Assembly (NCBI GenBank): GCA_052143275.1
Contig: JBKQTH010000136.1
Location: forward strand, 1,184-65,183
Direction: 5' to 3'
Length of the DNA: 64,000 nucleotides
From: Ktedonobacterales bacterium
Lineage (GTDB): Bacteria > Chloroflexota > Ktedonobacteria > Ktedonobacterales > JADMIN01
The notes under the pieces are model-generated. The model ran no database searches and was not told the DNA's origin. It saw only the letters and a program-made list of their open reading frames with translations. The position numbers and the translations under genes were made by a program. Within the stretch, counting starts at the first letter, position 1. Every line of letters starts with the position of its first letter. Positions 43,881 to 53,486 of this stretch are shown here, piece by piece.

Positions 43881-44669
43881 ATGGCACAGAACGCACCACT
43901 TCTGGAGCTCACTGGCGTGACCAAAGTGTTTGGTGGTCTGACGGCGGTGGATGGGGTTACCATTCAAGTCAACAAAGGCGAGATCTTCAGCATCATCGGA
44001 CCCAACGGCGCCGGCAAAACTACTGTCTTCAACCTGATCACCGGCATCTACAAGCCGGATCGCGGCACCATGTTCTTCAATGGACAGTCGATCAGCGGCC
44101 TCTCGCCGGATCGGGTGCTGCGGCGCGGTATAACCCGCACATTTCAGAATATCCGGCTCTTCAATAATATGTCGGTGATGGAAAACGTTCTAGTTGGCGA
44201 GCACAGTAAAATCCCCGGCGATCTGCCTTCGGTGCTGCTGCGTCTGCCGAACTATCGGCGAGCCGAGAAGCGAGCGGAGCAACGCGCGATCGAGCTGCTG
44301 TCCTTCTTCGGATCGTCGCTGGTGGCCCGTAAGGATGACTATGCGTCCAGTCTGGCGTACGCCGAGCGGCGGCGCGTAGAGATCGCGCGGGCGATGGGTT
44401 CTGAGCCCAAGCTCTTGATGCTTGACGAGCCGACTGCCGGTATGAATGAGGGCGAAACCGCCGAGGCCATGACCTATATCCAACGGCTGCGCAGCGAATT
44501 TGGTCTTACCATTCTCTTAATCGAGCATAAGCTTCAGGTCACGATGGGCATATCCGACCGCATTGCGGTTCTCGACTATGGTCGTAAGATTGCTGAAGGG
44601 GTACCTGCTGAGATTCAGCGTAACGAGCTGGTGATTGAGGCCTATCTAGGTCGAAAGGCGTCGGTGTAA
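43881..44669 (+). CDS. livG: Branched-chain amino acid ABC transporter ATP-binding protein (LivG type)
   Basis: LLELTGVTKVFGGLTAVDGV, GPNGAGKTT, RTFQNIRLF, LLMLDEPTAGMN. Confidence 0.92.
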   Translation: MAQNAPLLELTGVTKVFGGLTAVDGVTIQVNKGEIFSIIGPNGAGKTTVFNLITGIYKPDRGTMFFNGQSISGLSPDRVLRRGITRTFQNIRLFNNMSVMENVLVGEHSKIPGDLPSVLLRLPNYRRAEKRAEQRAIELLSFFGSSLVARKDDYASSLAYAERRRVEIARAMGSEPKLLMLDEPTAGMNEGETAEAMTYIQRLRSEFGLTILLIEHKLQVTMGISDRIAVLDYGRKIAEGVPAEIQRNELVIEAYLGRKASV

Positions 44670-44675
44670 TTCCTT

Positions 44676-45380
44676 ATGCTCGAGCTACATAATGTCAATA
44701 CTGCCTATGGACCTAGCCTGGTCTTGCATGATGTCACCCTACAGGTCAATAAAGGCGAGATCGTCTGCTTGCTTGGAGCAAATGCCGCCGGTAAGACCAC
44801 CACCATGAAAACCATCTTCGGGTTGCTGAAGCCGCGTAGCGGCACCATTACGCTGGAGGGCGAGCGTATCGATACCCTTGCCACCGACGGCATTATCAAG
44901 CGAGGCCTGGCTCTGGTCCCCGAGGCACGTCGTGTCTTCAGCCGCATGAGCGTACACGAGAATCTGGAGATGGGCGCCTATATGCTCAGTGACCGGGCCA
45001 GCATTGACCAGGAAGCCGAGAGTGTATACTCCCTATTTCCTCGCCTCAAAGAGCGCAACAAGCAACTGGCAGGTACACTCTCGGGCGGAGAGCAACAAAT
45101 GCTGGCGATGGGGCGAGCGCTGATGGCACAACCGCGCCTGATTTGCATGGATGAGCCGTCAATGGGTCTCTCGCCGATTCTGGTGCAGGCGGTTTTTGAC
45201 ACCATACAGCATATCCGTGACCAGGGGGTCACGGTCTTCCTGGTCGAGCAGAATGCTTTCATGGCGCTTAACATTGCCGACCGGGGCTATGTGCTGCAGC
45301 AAGGCCGTATCGTGCTAAGCGATACCGCGAAAAACCTGCTGACTAATGACCTGGTGCGGCGCGCTTATCTGGGCGGTTGA
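44676..45380 (+). CDS. livF: Branched-chain amino acid ABC transporter ATP-binding protein (LivF type)
   Basis: GANAAGKTTTMK, LSGGEQQMLAMGRALM, MDEPSMGLSP, VFLVEQN. Confidence 0.92.
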   Translation: MLELHNVNTAYGPSLVLHDVTLQVNKGEIVCLLGANAAGKTTTMKTIFGLLKPRSGTITLEGERIDTLATDGIIKRGLALVPEARRVFSRMSVHENLEMGAYMLSDRASIDQEAESVYSLFPRLKERNKQLAGTLSGGEQQMLAMGRALMAQPRLICMDEPSMGLSPILVQAVFDTIQHIRDQGVTVFLVEQNAFMALNIADRGYVLQQGRIVLSDTAKNLLTNDLVRRAYLGG

Positions 45381-45399
45381 TGCCTGCCGCGGTTTTTCT

Positions 45400-46386
45400 C
45401 TAGGGCGTTTCGAGCAGAGCACGGATGGCGGCGATCTGCTCTTGGGTAATGGTCTGCTTCTCTGCGGCCAAAAGGAGCGCAACTTGTGCTAAAGCACGGT
45501 AAGCTTCAGTAGCCGATTCCATTTGAGCTGCCAGCGATGTCGCGGAAGTGGGCACCTCCGATCCGGACAGTGAAACCTGCCGGAAGTGTTGCAACCAGTC
45601 AAGATGCGTAGCTACAGTGCCGGCGTCTCCTCGCGCCACCGGGCCGCTCAGAGCCTGGGGAATTCCCAGCTCGGCCATACTGTCTACCGAGGCGCGTACC
45701 AGCGGTAAGAGAGCCGACAACGATTCCCCCTGCCCCATGCCTAGAGTCTCAAAGAGCGCGCAGGCAGCGCCAACCAGCGCAACCACATAGTTTGAAGCAA
45801 ATACCGCACCGATGTGATAGGGTATCCGGCTCTCCACACTAAGCTTCAGCAGGTGCCCCCGGAGTATGCCGACCAAGCGCTGTAGCTGCTCGGCCAGGGT
45901 TGGCTCCTCGGTGTCGAGCGCCCAGTAACAGCCTCTTAACCTACCGAGCAGCTGGAGAGCAGGACGTTCAAGCTCGGCGCGGGGAAATGTCATCAAGGGG
46001 TGCAATGCCGCGACCTGCGCACCCATGTCGCGACTGGCGGCCAGTGCGGCGCTGGATTTGGCGCCGCTTAAGTGGACCGCGCTCTGGCCACTATGCCAGG
46101 GCAAGCTCTTGGCCAGCGGCTCGATCATATCATCGGAGACCGCAAGGAATACCAGATCGCAGCTTTGGACCACTTCCGCTGGCGACAGCGCCTGGGCCAT
46201 TCCTGTCGGTAACCGTTCGACCAGCGCCTTGGCATGGGCGAGATTTTTGGCCGCCACGGCTCTGATCTTGACGCCAGACTCCACCAGCGCACGAACTAGA
46301 GTCGATCCGACCGCGCCGGCACCAACAAAGCCAATGCTCTTAAACGATAAACTGTCCGCTGCGTCGTGCGTGGCCACTTCCGTCAA
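45400..46386 (-). CDS. Rossmann-fold NAD(P)-binding protein with a DUF2520-type C-terminal domain
   Basis: IGFVGAGAVGSTLVRAL..., C-terminal LSGPVARGD. The TTG start overlaps the stop of the upstream sigma factor gene; an alternative GTG lies at 46377. Confidence 0.78.
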   Translation of the reverse strand: MTEVATHDAADSLSFKSIGFVGAGAVGSTLVRALVESGVKIRAVAAKNLAHAKALVERLPTGMAQALSPAEVVQSCDLVFLAVSDDMIEPLAKSLPWHSGQSAVHLSGAKSSAALAASRDMGAQVAALHPLMTFPRAELERPALQLLGRLRGCYWALDTEEPTLAEQLQRLVGILRGHLLKLSVESRIPYHIGAVFASNYVVALVGAACALFETLGMGQGESLSALLPLVRASVDSMAELGIPQALSGPVARGDAGTVATHLDWLQHFRQVSLSGSEVPTSATSLAAQMESATEAYRALAQVALLLAAEKQTITQEQIAAIRALLETP

Positions 46387-47312
46387 TCAAGATAATCTTT
46401 CAGCACACGGCTCGATTGGGGGTGGCGCAGCTTTCGGATGGCACGCTCCTCAATCTGCCTTACACGCTCGCGGGTGACCTTAAGCTTTTTGCCAACCTCC
46501 TCGAGTGTGTGGTCATGATCATCTACCAGACCAAATCGCAGCTCGATGACCTGGCGCTCGCGTAGAGTAAGGTTGCCCAGCACCCGTCGCACCTCTTCCC
46601 GAAGGAGCGCCCGATCGGTTGTCTCCGACGGCCCCTGCACCTGCACATCCTCAATAATATCAGCTAGCGAGTTCTCTTCCTCATCCGAGAGCGGCGCATC
46701 CAGTGAGAACACTTTCTCCGCCCAGACCAATAGTTCACCCACGCGCTCGCCGGCGATTCCCAGTCGCTCGCCGATCTGCGAATTGGTCGGCTCGCGCCCC
46801 AGTTCCTGGTAGAGCTGGCGGGTCATACGCTTGACCCGCATCACTTCTTCCATAATATAGACCGGCAATCGCACCGCTCGAGTGCCCTCGAGGATGGATC
46901 GGGTAATCGCCTGTTTGATCCACCAGGTGGCGTAGGTCGAGAAACGAAATCCTTTATTCGGATCGAACTTACTGACGGCGCGTATCAAGCCGATATTGCC
47001 TTCGCCGATCAAATCTTCCAGCGGCAACCCTTGGCCAACGTACTTCTTGGCAATGCTTACGACCAATCGGAGATTGGCCTCAATCAGGTGATTGCGCCCC
47101 TCGCGGTCGCCGGCTTCCACGCGGCGAGCCAGACTCAGCTCGTTCTGAGCGGAAAGCAAGGGTATTCGGGAAATCTCACGTAGATACAGACGAAGACTGT
47201 CGCTCTGGGCCAGACCGCTCAGATCGGAGGTGTCGGTATCTATGGGAATGTCACGTTCAGCTCTAGCCGCGCGCTCAGCCTCATATGCGGCTGTGCGGTC
47301 GTCCATATTCAT
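46383..47312 (-). CDS. Sigma-70 family RNA polymerase sigma factor (RpoD/SigA-like, group 1/2, without a long region 1.1)
   Basis: Region 1.2 is LRLYLREISRIPLLS. Region 2 is LIEANLRLVVSIAKKY...LIGEGNIGLIRAVSKFDPNKGFRFSTYATWWIKQAITRSI. Region 4 is LRERQVIELRFGL...TLEEVGKKLKVTRERVRQIEERAIRKLR. The start is taken as the ATG at 47312. Confidence 0.9.
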   Translation of the reverse strand: MNMDDRTAAYEAERAARAERDIPIDTDTSDLSGLAQSDSLRLYLREISRIPLLSAQNELSLARRVEAGDREGRNHLIEANLRLVVSIAKKYVGQGLPLEDLIGEGNIGLIRAVSKFDPNKGFRFSTYATWWIKQAITRSILEGTRAVRLPVYIMEEVMRVKRMTRQLYQELGREPTNSQIGERLGIAGERVGELLVWAEKVFSLDAPLSDEEENSLADIIEDVQVQGPSETTDRALLREEVRRVLGNLTLRERQVIELRFGLVDDHDHTLEEVGKKLKVTRERVRQIEERAIRKLRHPQSSRVLKDYLD

Positions 47313-47949
47313 AAAACACTCGGGCTGGACACCCATCCCCCTGTGGGGATAGGGAGGAAAGCCCAGTCCTTTCTCCGTGGTAACTAGCCCGTTTGCGGGG
47401 GAGTGCCAGCACAATAGCATGCTCTGACACTCGGTGTCCTTTCGGACCTCCGGTTTCCCGGGTACAGTATCCCTCGACCCCGATAACTCTAAACCAGTCT
47501 GGGGGCTCTCGTCTGGTCAGGTTTAGGCGTACGAGAAACCGCCTCACAAACCCCTGCCTCATAAAGGATAGGGTACCTGACGATTTTAGCGCGAATTTAT
47601 CGTTCGTTCCGGCAGACCACTGCGCGGGCAGTATAGCACTGACATTGCTCTGTCGCAAGAGTATTAGACGGTGATATGTTCGGTAACCCAGGTTTTCACC
47701 TTCCCAAACATGGGTAGGAAGTACCAGTAGGGCTATGAGATTCCTCGATCTCTGATGCGACTACGATGATGGACGCCGGGAAAAGGGGGAAGAGACCAAT
47801 CCTGGCTTGATGAAACTACATGTTTTTATTTAAGATATCTCGTATACTTCTACTTACCCACATTGCCAGCTGCGCTGCCAGGCGTTGCGACTTCAGCTGA
47901 GATTACTTCTAGGCAAGCGATGCCCCGGCTGTGGCTATCTTCGAACCTG

Positions 47950-47975
47950 TAGTGCGGACAGATTCTAGTGCGGAC
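47950..47975 (+). promoter_or_regulatory. Perfect 10-nt direct repeat TAGTGCGGAC x2 (16-nt period) about 90-115 nt upstream of coxM; candidate operator
   Basis: Read directly: copies at 47950-47959 and 47966-47975. A third CGGAC core sits at 47984-47988. The function is inferred only. Confidence 0.3.
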
Positions 47976-48063
47976 CCAACCTTCGGACGCTTGCAGTACT
48001 ACATTGAGGTAGCCTATTGCCACCCCTAGGCAGCGACAAGCGTCGTCGATACGAGAAGGGAAT

Positions 48064-48948
48064 GTGGCTGTGATACCCGACAAGTTTCAGTATTTTGCCC
48101 CAACGAGCCTGGCTGACGCTATCGATTTGCTGCAACAACACCCTGGCGAGGCCAAGGTGCTGGCCGGAGGTCAAAGTCTTATACCGTTGATGAAGTTCCG
48201 GCTGGCGGCACCTGGCTACCTAGTAGACTTGCAAAAGTTACCGCACCTGAACATTTTGCAAGAGCGTGAAGGGGCTCTCGTGCTTGGCGCTATGGTACGC
48301 GAAGCCAGACTAGAATCCTCGACACTTATCCGCCAACGGTATCTGGCTCTCCTGGATACGAGCAGTGTAGTGGCCGATCCATTGGTCCGCAACTTCGCCA
48401 CCATTGGCGGCAATCTGGCACATGCCGACCCCGCCAATGACCACCCGGCAATGATGCTCGCCCTACGCGCCCAGCTCGTGGCGCAGGGTCCCGGTGGTAT
48501 CCGCACCATTCCCATCGACGATTTCCTGGTCGATACTTTAGAGACTTCGCTTGACTCCGACGAAATCTTGACCGAGATTCATATCCCCATGCCGAGGCAG
48601 CAAAGCGGCGCCGCCTACTACAAACTCGAGCGTAAGGTGGGTGACTATGCCATTACGGCGGTGGGCGCCGCAGTCACACTAGATGGTGATGTATGCGTCC
48701 AGGCTGGCCTCGGACTGACCAATGTTGGGCCCAAAGCTATACGCGCCACCGCCGCTGAGAATTTCCTCAGGGGCAGACCGCTAAGCGATGAGACCGTTCA
48801 TGAAGCCGCCAGACTTGCGGCGCTTGCGGCTCAGCCCACTTCAGATCTACGTGGCCCAGCGGAATATAAGCGCGCGATGGTGCGTACGCTGGCAGTGCGT
48901 GCATTACGCAGGGCCTCGCAGCGGGCCAGCGGAGGAGGCGCCGAATGA
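48064..48948 (+). CDS. coxM: Aerobic CO dehydrogenase medium (FAD-binding) subunit
   Basis: [20 protein letters not shown]...[36 protein letters not shown] at 48064 or 48070. The stop overlaps the coxS ATG (ATGA). Confidence 0.9.
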   Translation: MAVIPDKFQYFAPTSLADAIDLLQQHPGEAKVLAGGQSLIPLMKFRLAAPGYLVDLQKLPHLNILQEREGALVLGAMVREARLESSTLIRQRYLALLDTSSVVADPLVRNFATIGGNLAHADPANDHPAMMLALRAQLVAQGPGGIRTIPIDDFLVDTLETSLDSDEILTEIHIPMPRQQSGAAYYKLERKVGDYAITAVGAAVTLDGDVCVQAGLGLTNVGPKAIRATAAENFLRGRPLSDETVHEAARLAALAAQPTSDLRGPAEYKRAMVRTLAVRALRRASQRASGGGAE

Positions 48949-49460
48949 CCCAACATGTCACTCTCACGATCAATGGTCAGCCGTATGCGGCGGATATAGA
49001 GCCGCGCCTGTTGCTTGTGCATTTCATTCGCGAGGTAGCGGGGCTAACCGGAACTCACATCGGCTGCGACACCACCAGTTGTGGCGCCTGCACCGTTCTG
49101 GTCAACGGTATTCCGGCCAAGTCCTGCACGCTGCTGGCGGTCCAGGTTGATGGATCCGACATACGGACGGTTGAGGGACTTGAGCAGAATGGCCAGCTGA
49201 ATCCGGTGCAGCTGGGATTTGTCGAGGAGCATGGCCTACAGTGCGGTTTCTGCACACCAGGTATGATGATGACCACTGTTGCGCTGCTCGCTCGCAATTC
49301 CAATCCTACCGAAGAAGAGATACGCCAAGCCATCTCCGGTAATCTCTGCCGCTGCACCGGATACGTGAATATCGTCAAATCTATACAGTACGCGGCAAAG
49401 CAACTGCGCGAAACCAAGGCGGCAGGCGAGCCATCTACCATCCCAGTGGAGGTGATCTAG
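48945..49460 (+). CDS. coxS: Aerobic CO dehydrogenase small ([2Fe-2S]) subunit
   Basis: [16 protein letters not shown] and [11 protein letters not shown]...CRCTGY cysteine clusters. Confidence 0.94.
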   Translation: MTQHVTLTINGQPYAADIEPRLLLVHFIREVAGLTGTHIGCDTTSCGACTVLVNGIPAKSCTLLAVQVDGSDIRTVEGLEQNGQLNPVQLGFVEEHGLQCGFCTPGMMMTTVALLARNSNPTEEEIRQAISGNLCRCTGYVNIVKSIQYAAKQLRETKAAGEPSTIPVEVI

Positions 49461-49462
49461 CA

Positions 49463-51814
49463 ATGGCAACTCAAGCGGCGATTCAAGGCATGGGTTACAG
49501 CGTCAAGCGCAAAGAAGATCCCCGTTTCATACGTGGTAGAGGCCATTACGTTGACGATATCAAACTGCCGGGGATGCTGTACCTGGATATTGTGCGCAGC
49601 CCCTACGCACATGCCAATATCAAGAGTATCGACGCCAGTGAAGCGTTGGCGCTTCCCGGTGTGCTGGCAGTCATCACCGGTAAGGACCTCGACGAGGCGG
49701 GGCTGGCCTGGATGCCGACTCTCATGAGCGACAAACAGATGGTCCTCCCAGTCGACCGGGTAGTGTACCAGGCCCAGGAAGTTGCCGCCGTAGTGGCAAC
49801 CGAGCGCTATATCGCCGCTGATGGGATCACCAAGGTTGCCGTCGACTATGAGCCACTGACTCCAGTTACCGATCCTATGAAAGCTCTGCAGCCTGATGCG
49901 CCTCTGGTCCGTCCTGACCGCGAGGAGAAGACCAATCACATCTGGCACTGGGAAGCAGGAGATGCTGCCCGCACCGACGAGATTTTCAGTGGGGCTGATG
50001 TAGTAGTCAAGCAGGATCTCTACATTCCACGCATCCATGTTTGCTCGATCGAAACCTGCGGCTGCGTCGCCTCGTTTGATGCCTCCGAGGGCAAGCTTAC
50101 CGTCTATATGACGACACAGGCGCCGCATGCCATTCGTACAGTCTTCTCACTGGTGACGGGTATTGCGGAACACAAGATACACATCATTTCACCAGATATT
50201 GGCGGTGGTTTTGGCGGTAAAGTTCCCGTTTACCCCGGCTATGTGATAGCCTGTGTGGCTGCAATTAAAACCGGTCACCCGATCAAATGGATCGAGGACC
50301 GCAGCGAGAACATTCAAGCGGATAGCTTTGCACGGGACTACCACATAAGTGCGGAGCTGGCAGCTGGACAAGACGGCACCATACAGGCATTGCGAGTAAA
50401 AACCATTGCTGACCATGGAGCCTTTGACGCTGCGGCCAACCCATCGAAATTCCCGGCCGGCCTGTTTAGCGTCATTACCGGCTCTTACGACCTGGAAGCC
50501 GCACATGTCGAGGTTGATGGCGTCTACACCAATAAGCCTTCGGGTGGTGTAGCGTATCGTTGCTCATTCCGGGTTACCGAGGCGGTGCATACTATCGAGC
50601 GGATGGTCGATGTGCTGGCCCAGCAGCTGGCGATGGACCCTGCACAACTCAGGCTGAAGAATTTTATAGCACCCGAGAAATTCCCCTACAAGTCGGCGAC
50701 AGGCTGGGAATACGACAGCGGTAACTATCCCGCTGCACTGCACAAGGCGATGGAAAAGATCGGTTACCAGCAACTCCGCGAAGAGCAGGCCGAGAAGCTT
50801 GCGCGTGGTGAGTTGATGGGAATAGGTATCTCTACCTTCACCGAGATCGTGGGTGCGGGGCCGTCAAATACCTTTGATATCCTGGGCATCAAGATGTTCG
50901 ACAGCGCCGAGATCCGGGTCCACCCGACTGGATCGGCCATCGTTCGCATTGGGGTGCAGACACAGGGCCAGGGACATGAGACCACCTTTGCGCAGATCGT
51001 AGCCGAGGAGTTGGGGCTACCGGTCGAGAATATTACCGTGGAGCACGGAGATACCGATACCGCACCGTACGGTCTCGGCACGTATGCCAGCCGAAGCACC
51101 CCCACTGCAGGCGCAGCCACCGCCATGGCGGCTCGTAAGATCCGCGAGAAGGCCAGACATCTCGCGGCTCATCTGTTGGAGGTGTCGGCCGATGATCTGG
51201 AGTGGCAGGACTATCAGTTCCGAGTAAAGGGAGCTCCCGGCAAAGCGGTAACGATGCAGCAAGTCGCCTTCGCGGCCTACACCAATCATCCCCTGGGAAT
51301 GGAGGCCGGGCTGGAGGCAGTGGATTATTACGACCCGCCCAATCTTACGTTCCCGTTTGGTGCCTATATCTGTGTAGTGGATATCGACCGGGGCACCGGC
51401 GCGGTAAAGATCAGAAGGTTCGTGGCCATCGATGACTGCGGTAATATAATCAATCCCATGATTGTAGACGGCCAGATTCACGGTGGACTCACCATGGGAA
51501 TGGCACCCGTGCTGCTGGAAGGGATCACCTACGACGAGCAGGGTAATATCCAGCAAGGCACATTTATGGAGTACCTGCTGCCTACGGCAATGGAGACTCC
51601 CGCGTGGGAAACCGACAAGACGGTGACGCCCTCGCCGCATCACCCGTTTGGTGCTAAGGGTGTAGGTGAATCGGCAACCGTAGGGGCACCGCCAGCTATC
51701 GTCAATGCGGTTGTCGATGCGCTGAAACATCTCGGAGTGACCCACCTGGATATTCCAATTACGCCCTGGATGGTCTATAAGATTTTGGAAGAGCATGGAG
51801 TGGCGGAGGCATAA
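49463..51814 (+). CDS. coxL: Aerobic CO dehydrogenase large (molybdopterin) subunit, form I signature
   Basis: The active-site loop VAYRCSFR lies at 50549-50572 (form I AYxCSFR motif). Also GGGFGGK and the xanthine-oxidase-family layout. The gene order is coxM-S-L. Confidence 0.93.
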   Translation: MATQAAIQGMGYSVKRKEDPRFIRGRGHYVDDIKLPGMLYLDIVRSPYAHANIKSIDASEALALPGVLAVITGKDLDEAGLAWMPTLMSDKQMVLPVDRVVYQAQEVAAVVATERYIAADGITKVAVDYEPLTPVTDPMKALQPDAPLVRPDREEKTNHIWHWEAGDAARTDEIFSGADVVVKQDLYIPRIHVCSIETCGCVASFDASEGKLTVYMTTQAPHAIRTVFSLVTGIAEHKIHIISPDIGGGFGGKVPVYPGYVIACVAAIKTGHPIKWIEDRSENIQADSFARDYHISAELAAGQDGTIQALRVKTIADHGAFDAAANPSKFPAGLFSVITGSYDLEAAHVEVDGVYTNKPSGGVAYRCSFRVTEAVHTIERMVDVLAQQLAMDPAQLRLKNFIAPEKFPYKSATGWEYDSGNYPAALHKAMEKIGYQQLREEQAEKLARGELMGIGISTFTEIVGAGPSNTFDILGIKMFDSAEIRVHPTGSAIVRIGVQTQGQGHETTFAQIVAEELGLPVENITVEHGDTDTAPYGLGTYASRSTPTAGAATAMAARKIREKARHLAAHLLEVSADDLEWQDYQFRVKGAPGKAVTMQQVAFAAYTNHPLGMEAGLEAVDYYDPPNLTFPFGAYICVVDIDRGTGAVKIRRFVAIDDCGNIINPMIVDGQIHGGLTMGMAPVLLEGITYDEQGNIQQGTFMEYLLPTAMETPAWETDKTVTPSPHHPFGAKGVGESATVGAPPAIVNAVVDALKHLGVTHLDIPITPWMVYKILEEHGVAEA

Positions 51815-51821
51815 GGTTTCT

Positions 51822-52307
51822 ATGCATTTCGAAGGTGAGCAGACTATCAATGCGCCCATTGAAGCAGTTTGGGCATACTTCATGGATCCGAATAAGGTTG
51901 CGCAGTGTGCCCCAGGTTTCAAGTCAATGGAGATTATCGGGCCTGACCACTTCAAGCCTATACTCAACGTTGGTGTCGGGCCGGTGAAGACGGCGTTTAA
52001 GCTAGATGTCACCCTTGGCGGCCTACGTCAACCCAATCACGCTGAGGTGGCCGCACGCGGTAACGCCGCCGGAAGTGCCGTCAATATAACCAGCACAGTG
52101 GATTTCGAGGCTAAAGGTGAAGCCATCACAAGCATGCACTGGATCGCCGATGTTGCGGTTAGCGGTACCATAGCCAGCGTGGGTGCACGACTGATGGAGA
52201 GCACAGCAGAAAAACTGACCGCCAAGTTTTTCGACTGCACACGTCAGCATCTGGAGCCTCCCAGCCCCGCCGCTGGAGCGTCATCTCCGAGCACTACTGG
52301 CGAGTGA
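51822..52307 (+). CDS. coxG: CoxG-like SRPBCC-fold protein
   Basis: MHFEGEQTINAPIEAVWAYFMDPNKVAQCAPGFKSMEI is typical of the CoxG family. It lies directly after coxL. Confidence 0.85.
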   Translation: MHFEGEQTINAPIEAVWAYFMDPNKVAQCAPGFKSMEIIGPDHFKPILNVGVGPVKTAFKLDVTLGGLRQPNHAEVAARGNAAGSAVNITSTVDFEAKGEAITSMHWIADVAVSGTIASVGARLMESTAEKLTAKFFDCTRQHLEPPSPAAGASSPSTTGE

Positions 52308-52323
52308 GAAACTGAGGAAGAAC

Positions 52324-53268
52324 ATGCAGCTGGATATACTGAATGAGGCTCAGAGGTTGCGCTCAGAGCGCCGACCGTTTGCTCTAGCGACGGTTGTGGC
52401 GGCAAAGCAGCCGGCCTCTGGAACTCCGGGCGCTCGAGCTATTATTCTAGCCGACGGTGAAATCGAGGGCTGGATTGGTGGCAACTGCGCACAACCAACG
52501 GTAATTGCGCAAGGACTCGCCGCTCTTGCCGACGGAGTGCCCCGTCTGGTCGTGCTGCGTCCAGATGCTCTGACGGAAACTCCAGCGGTACCCGGGCTGG
52601 TTGAGGTGCCCATGCTCTGCGCCAGCGGAGGTGAGTTGCAAATCTTCGTAGAACCTTTTCTCCCAAAAATCGAGCTAGCGGTGATAGGCGGTTCACCGGT
52701 GGCTCAGGCGCTGGTGCGTCTCGGCGCCGTCCTCGACTTTGACGTATGGGCATGCGACCCCAGCGCCAACATGGAGACTTTCTCTGACGCCAGTCAGCTG
52801 ATAGCAGACCTACCGGCGCTTCGGGCGCAGTTAGGCACTCACAGCTACGTAGTCGCGGCCACCCTCAACACCTACGATGAGGATGCGGTCAAAGCGGCGC
52901 TGGAGAGTAATGCCAGCTATGTCGGCGTGGTAGCCAGCCGCAAGCGTTTTAGCGACCTGCAGAAGTACTTGCGTAAGCAAGGATTCAAGGAAGACCAGGT
53001 TGCTCGGCTGAAGCGCCCCTATGGCGTACCAGGCGCTGGTCTACATCCGGGTGAGATTGCCTTCAGCGTAATGGCCGAATTGCTCGAGGCACGGCACCGG
53101 CACGTTGGAATTGTTACCGATCTGCCATCGGTGCGGAGGGCGGAGGCGACTGATCCGGTCTGCGGCATGAAGGTAGACATTGCCACTGCGCGCTACCGGA
53201 GCGAGCGTGCTGGCCAGACCTTCTATTTCTGCTGCGCCGGTTGCCAGGCAAGCTTTGAGACTCCATGA
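52324..53268 (+). CDS. XdhC/CoxF/CoxI-family maturation protein fused to a C-terminal YHS/TRASH metal-binding domain
   Basis: The N-terminal XdhC_CoxI-like part is RPFALATVVAAKQPASGTPGARAIILADGEIEGWIGGNCAQ. A Rossmann-like XdhC_C part follows (LAVIGGSPVAQAL). The C-terminal 45 aa are DPVCGMKVDIATARYRSERAGQTFYFCCAGCQASF. Confidence 0.85.
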   Translation: MQLDILNEAQRLRSERRPFALATVVAAKQPASGTPGARAIILADGEIEGWIGGNCAQPTVIAQGLAALADGVPRLVVLRPDALTETPAVPGLVEVPMLCASGGELQIFVEPFLPKIELAVIGGSPVAQALVRLGAVLDFDVWACDPSANMETFSDASQLIADLPALRAQLGTHSYVVAATLNTYDEDAVKAALESNASYVGVVASRKRFSDLQKYLRKQGFKEDQVARLKRPYGVPGAGLHPGEIAFSVMAELLEARHRHVGIVTDLPSVRRAEATDPVCGMKVDIATARYRSERAGQTFYFCCAGCQASFETP

Positions 53269-53486
53269 GGGAGACCATTCATTAATTAAGTAATCCTACC
53301 CCGTGACGCCCGCAGCCCGGAGACTGGCATGGGCCTTGCAAACCAATATGGGTCTGCAAGACGAAATGTTCTTCCCTTCTGTATCAGAGGGCCTGTTCTC
53401 TTGGAAAGCTCGCAGAAGATTCAGTATAATTCCTCACTGGCAGGAGAGTCGACTGGAGTTCTTTTTCCTTTATATACTCAACTCTG

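Noticed and set aside
47897-47949. CTGAGA ... AACCTG spacing reminiscent of a TPP riboswitch upstream of coxM
   Set aside because: The remaining conserved THI-element features are absent (GGGG-UGC stem, AUC-GG-UAAU-CC-GCG-AGGGA), and the downstream gene is unrelated to thiamine.
49457-52012. ORFs of 223 aa and 331 aa (49457-50128 and 51017-52012) antisense to coxL
   Set aside because: They are shadow ORFs of a GC-rich, well-supported coxL. Their Arg/Gly/His-rich composition has no family resemblance.
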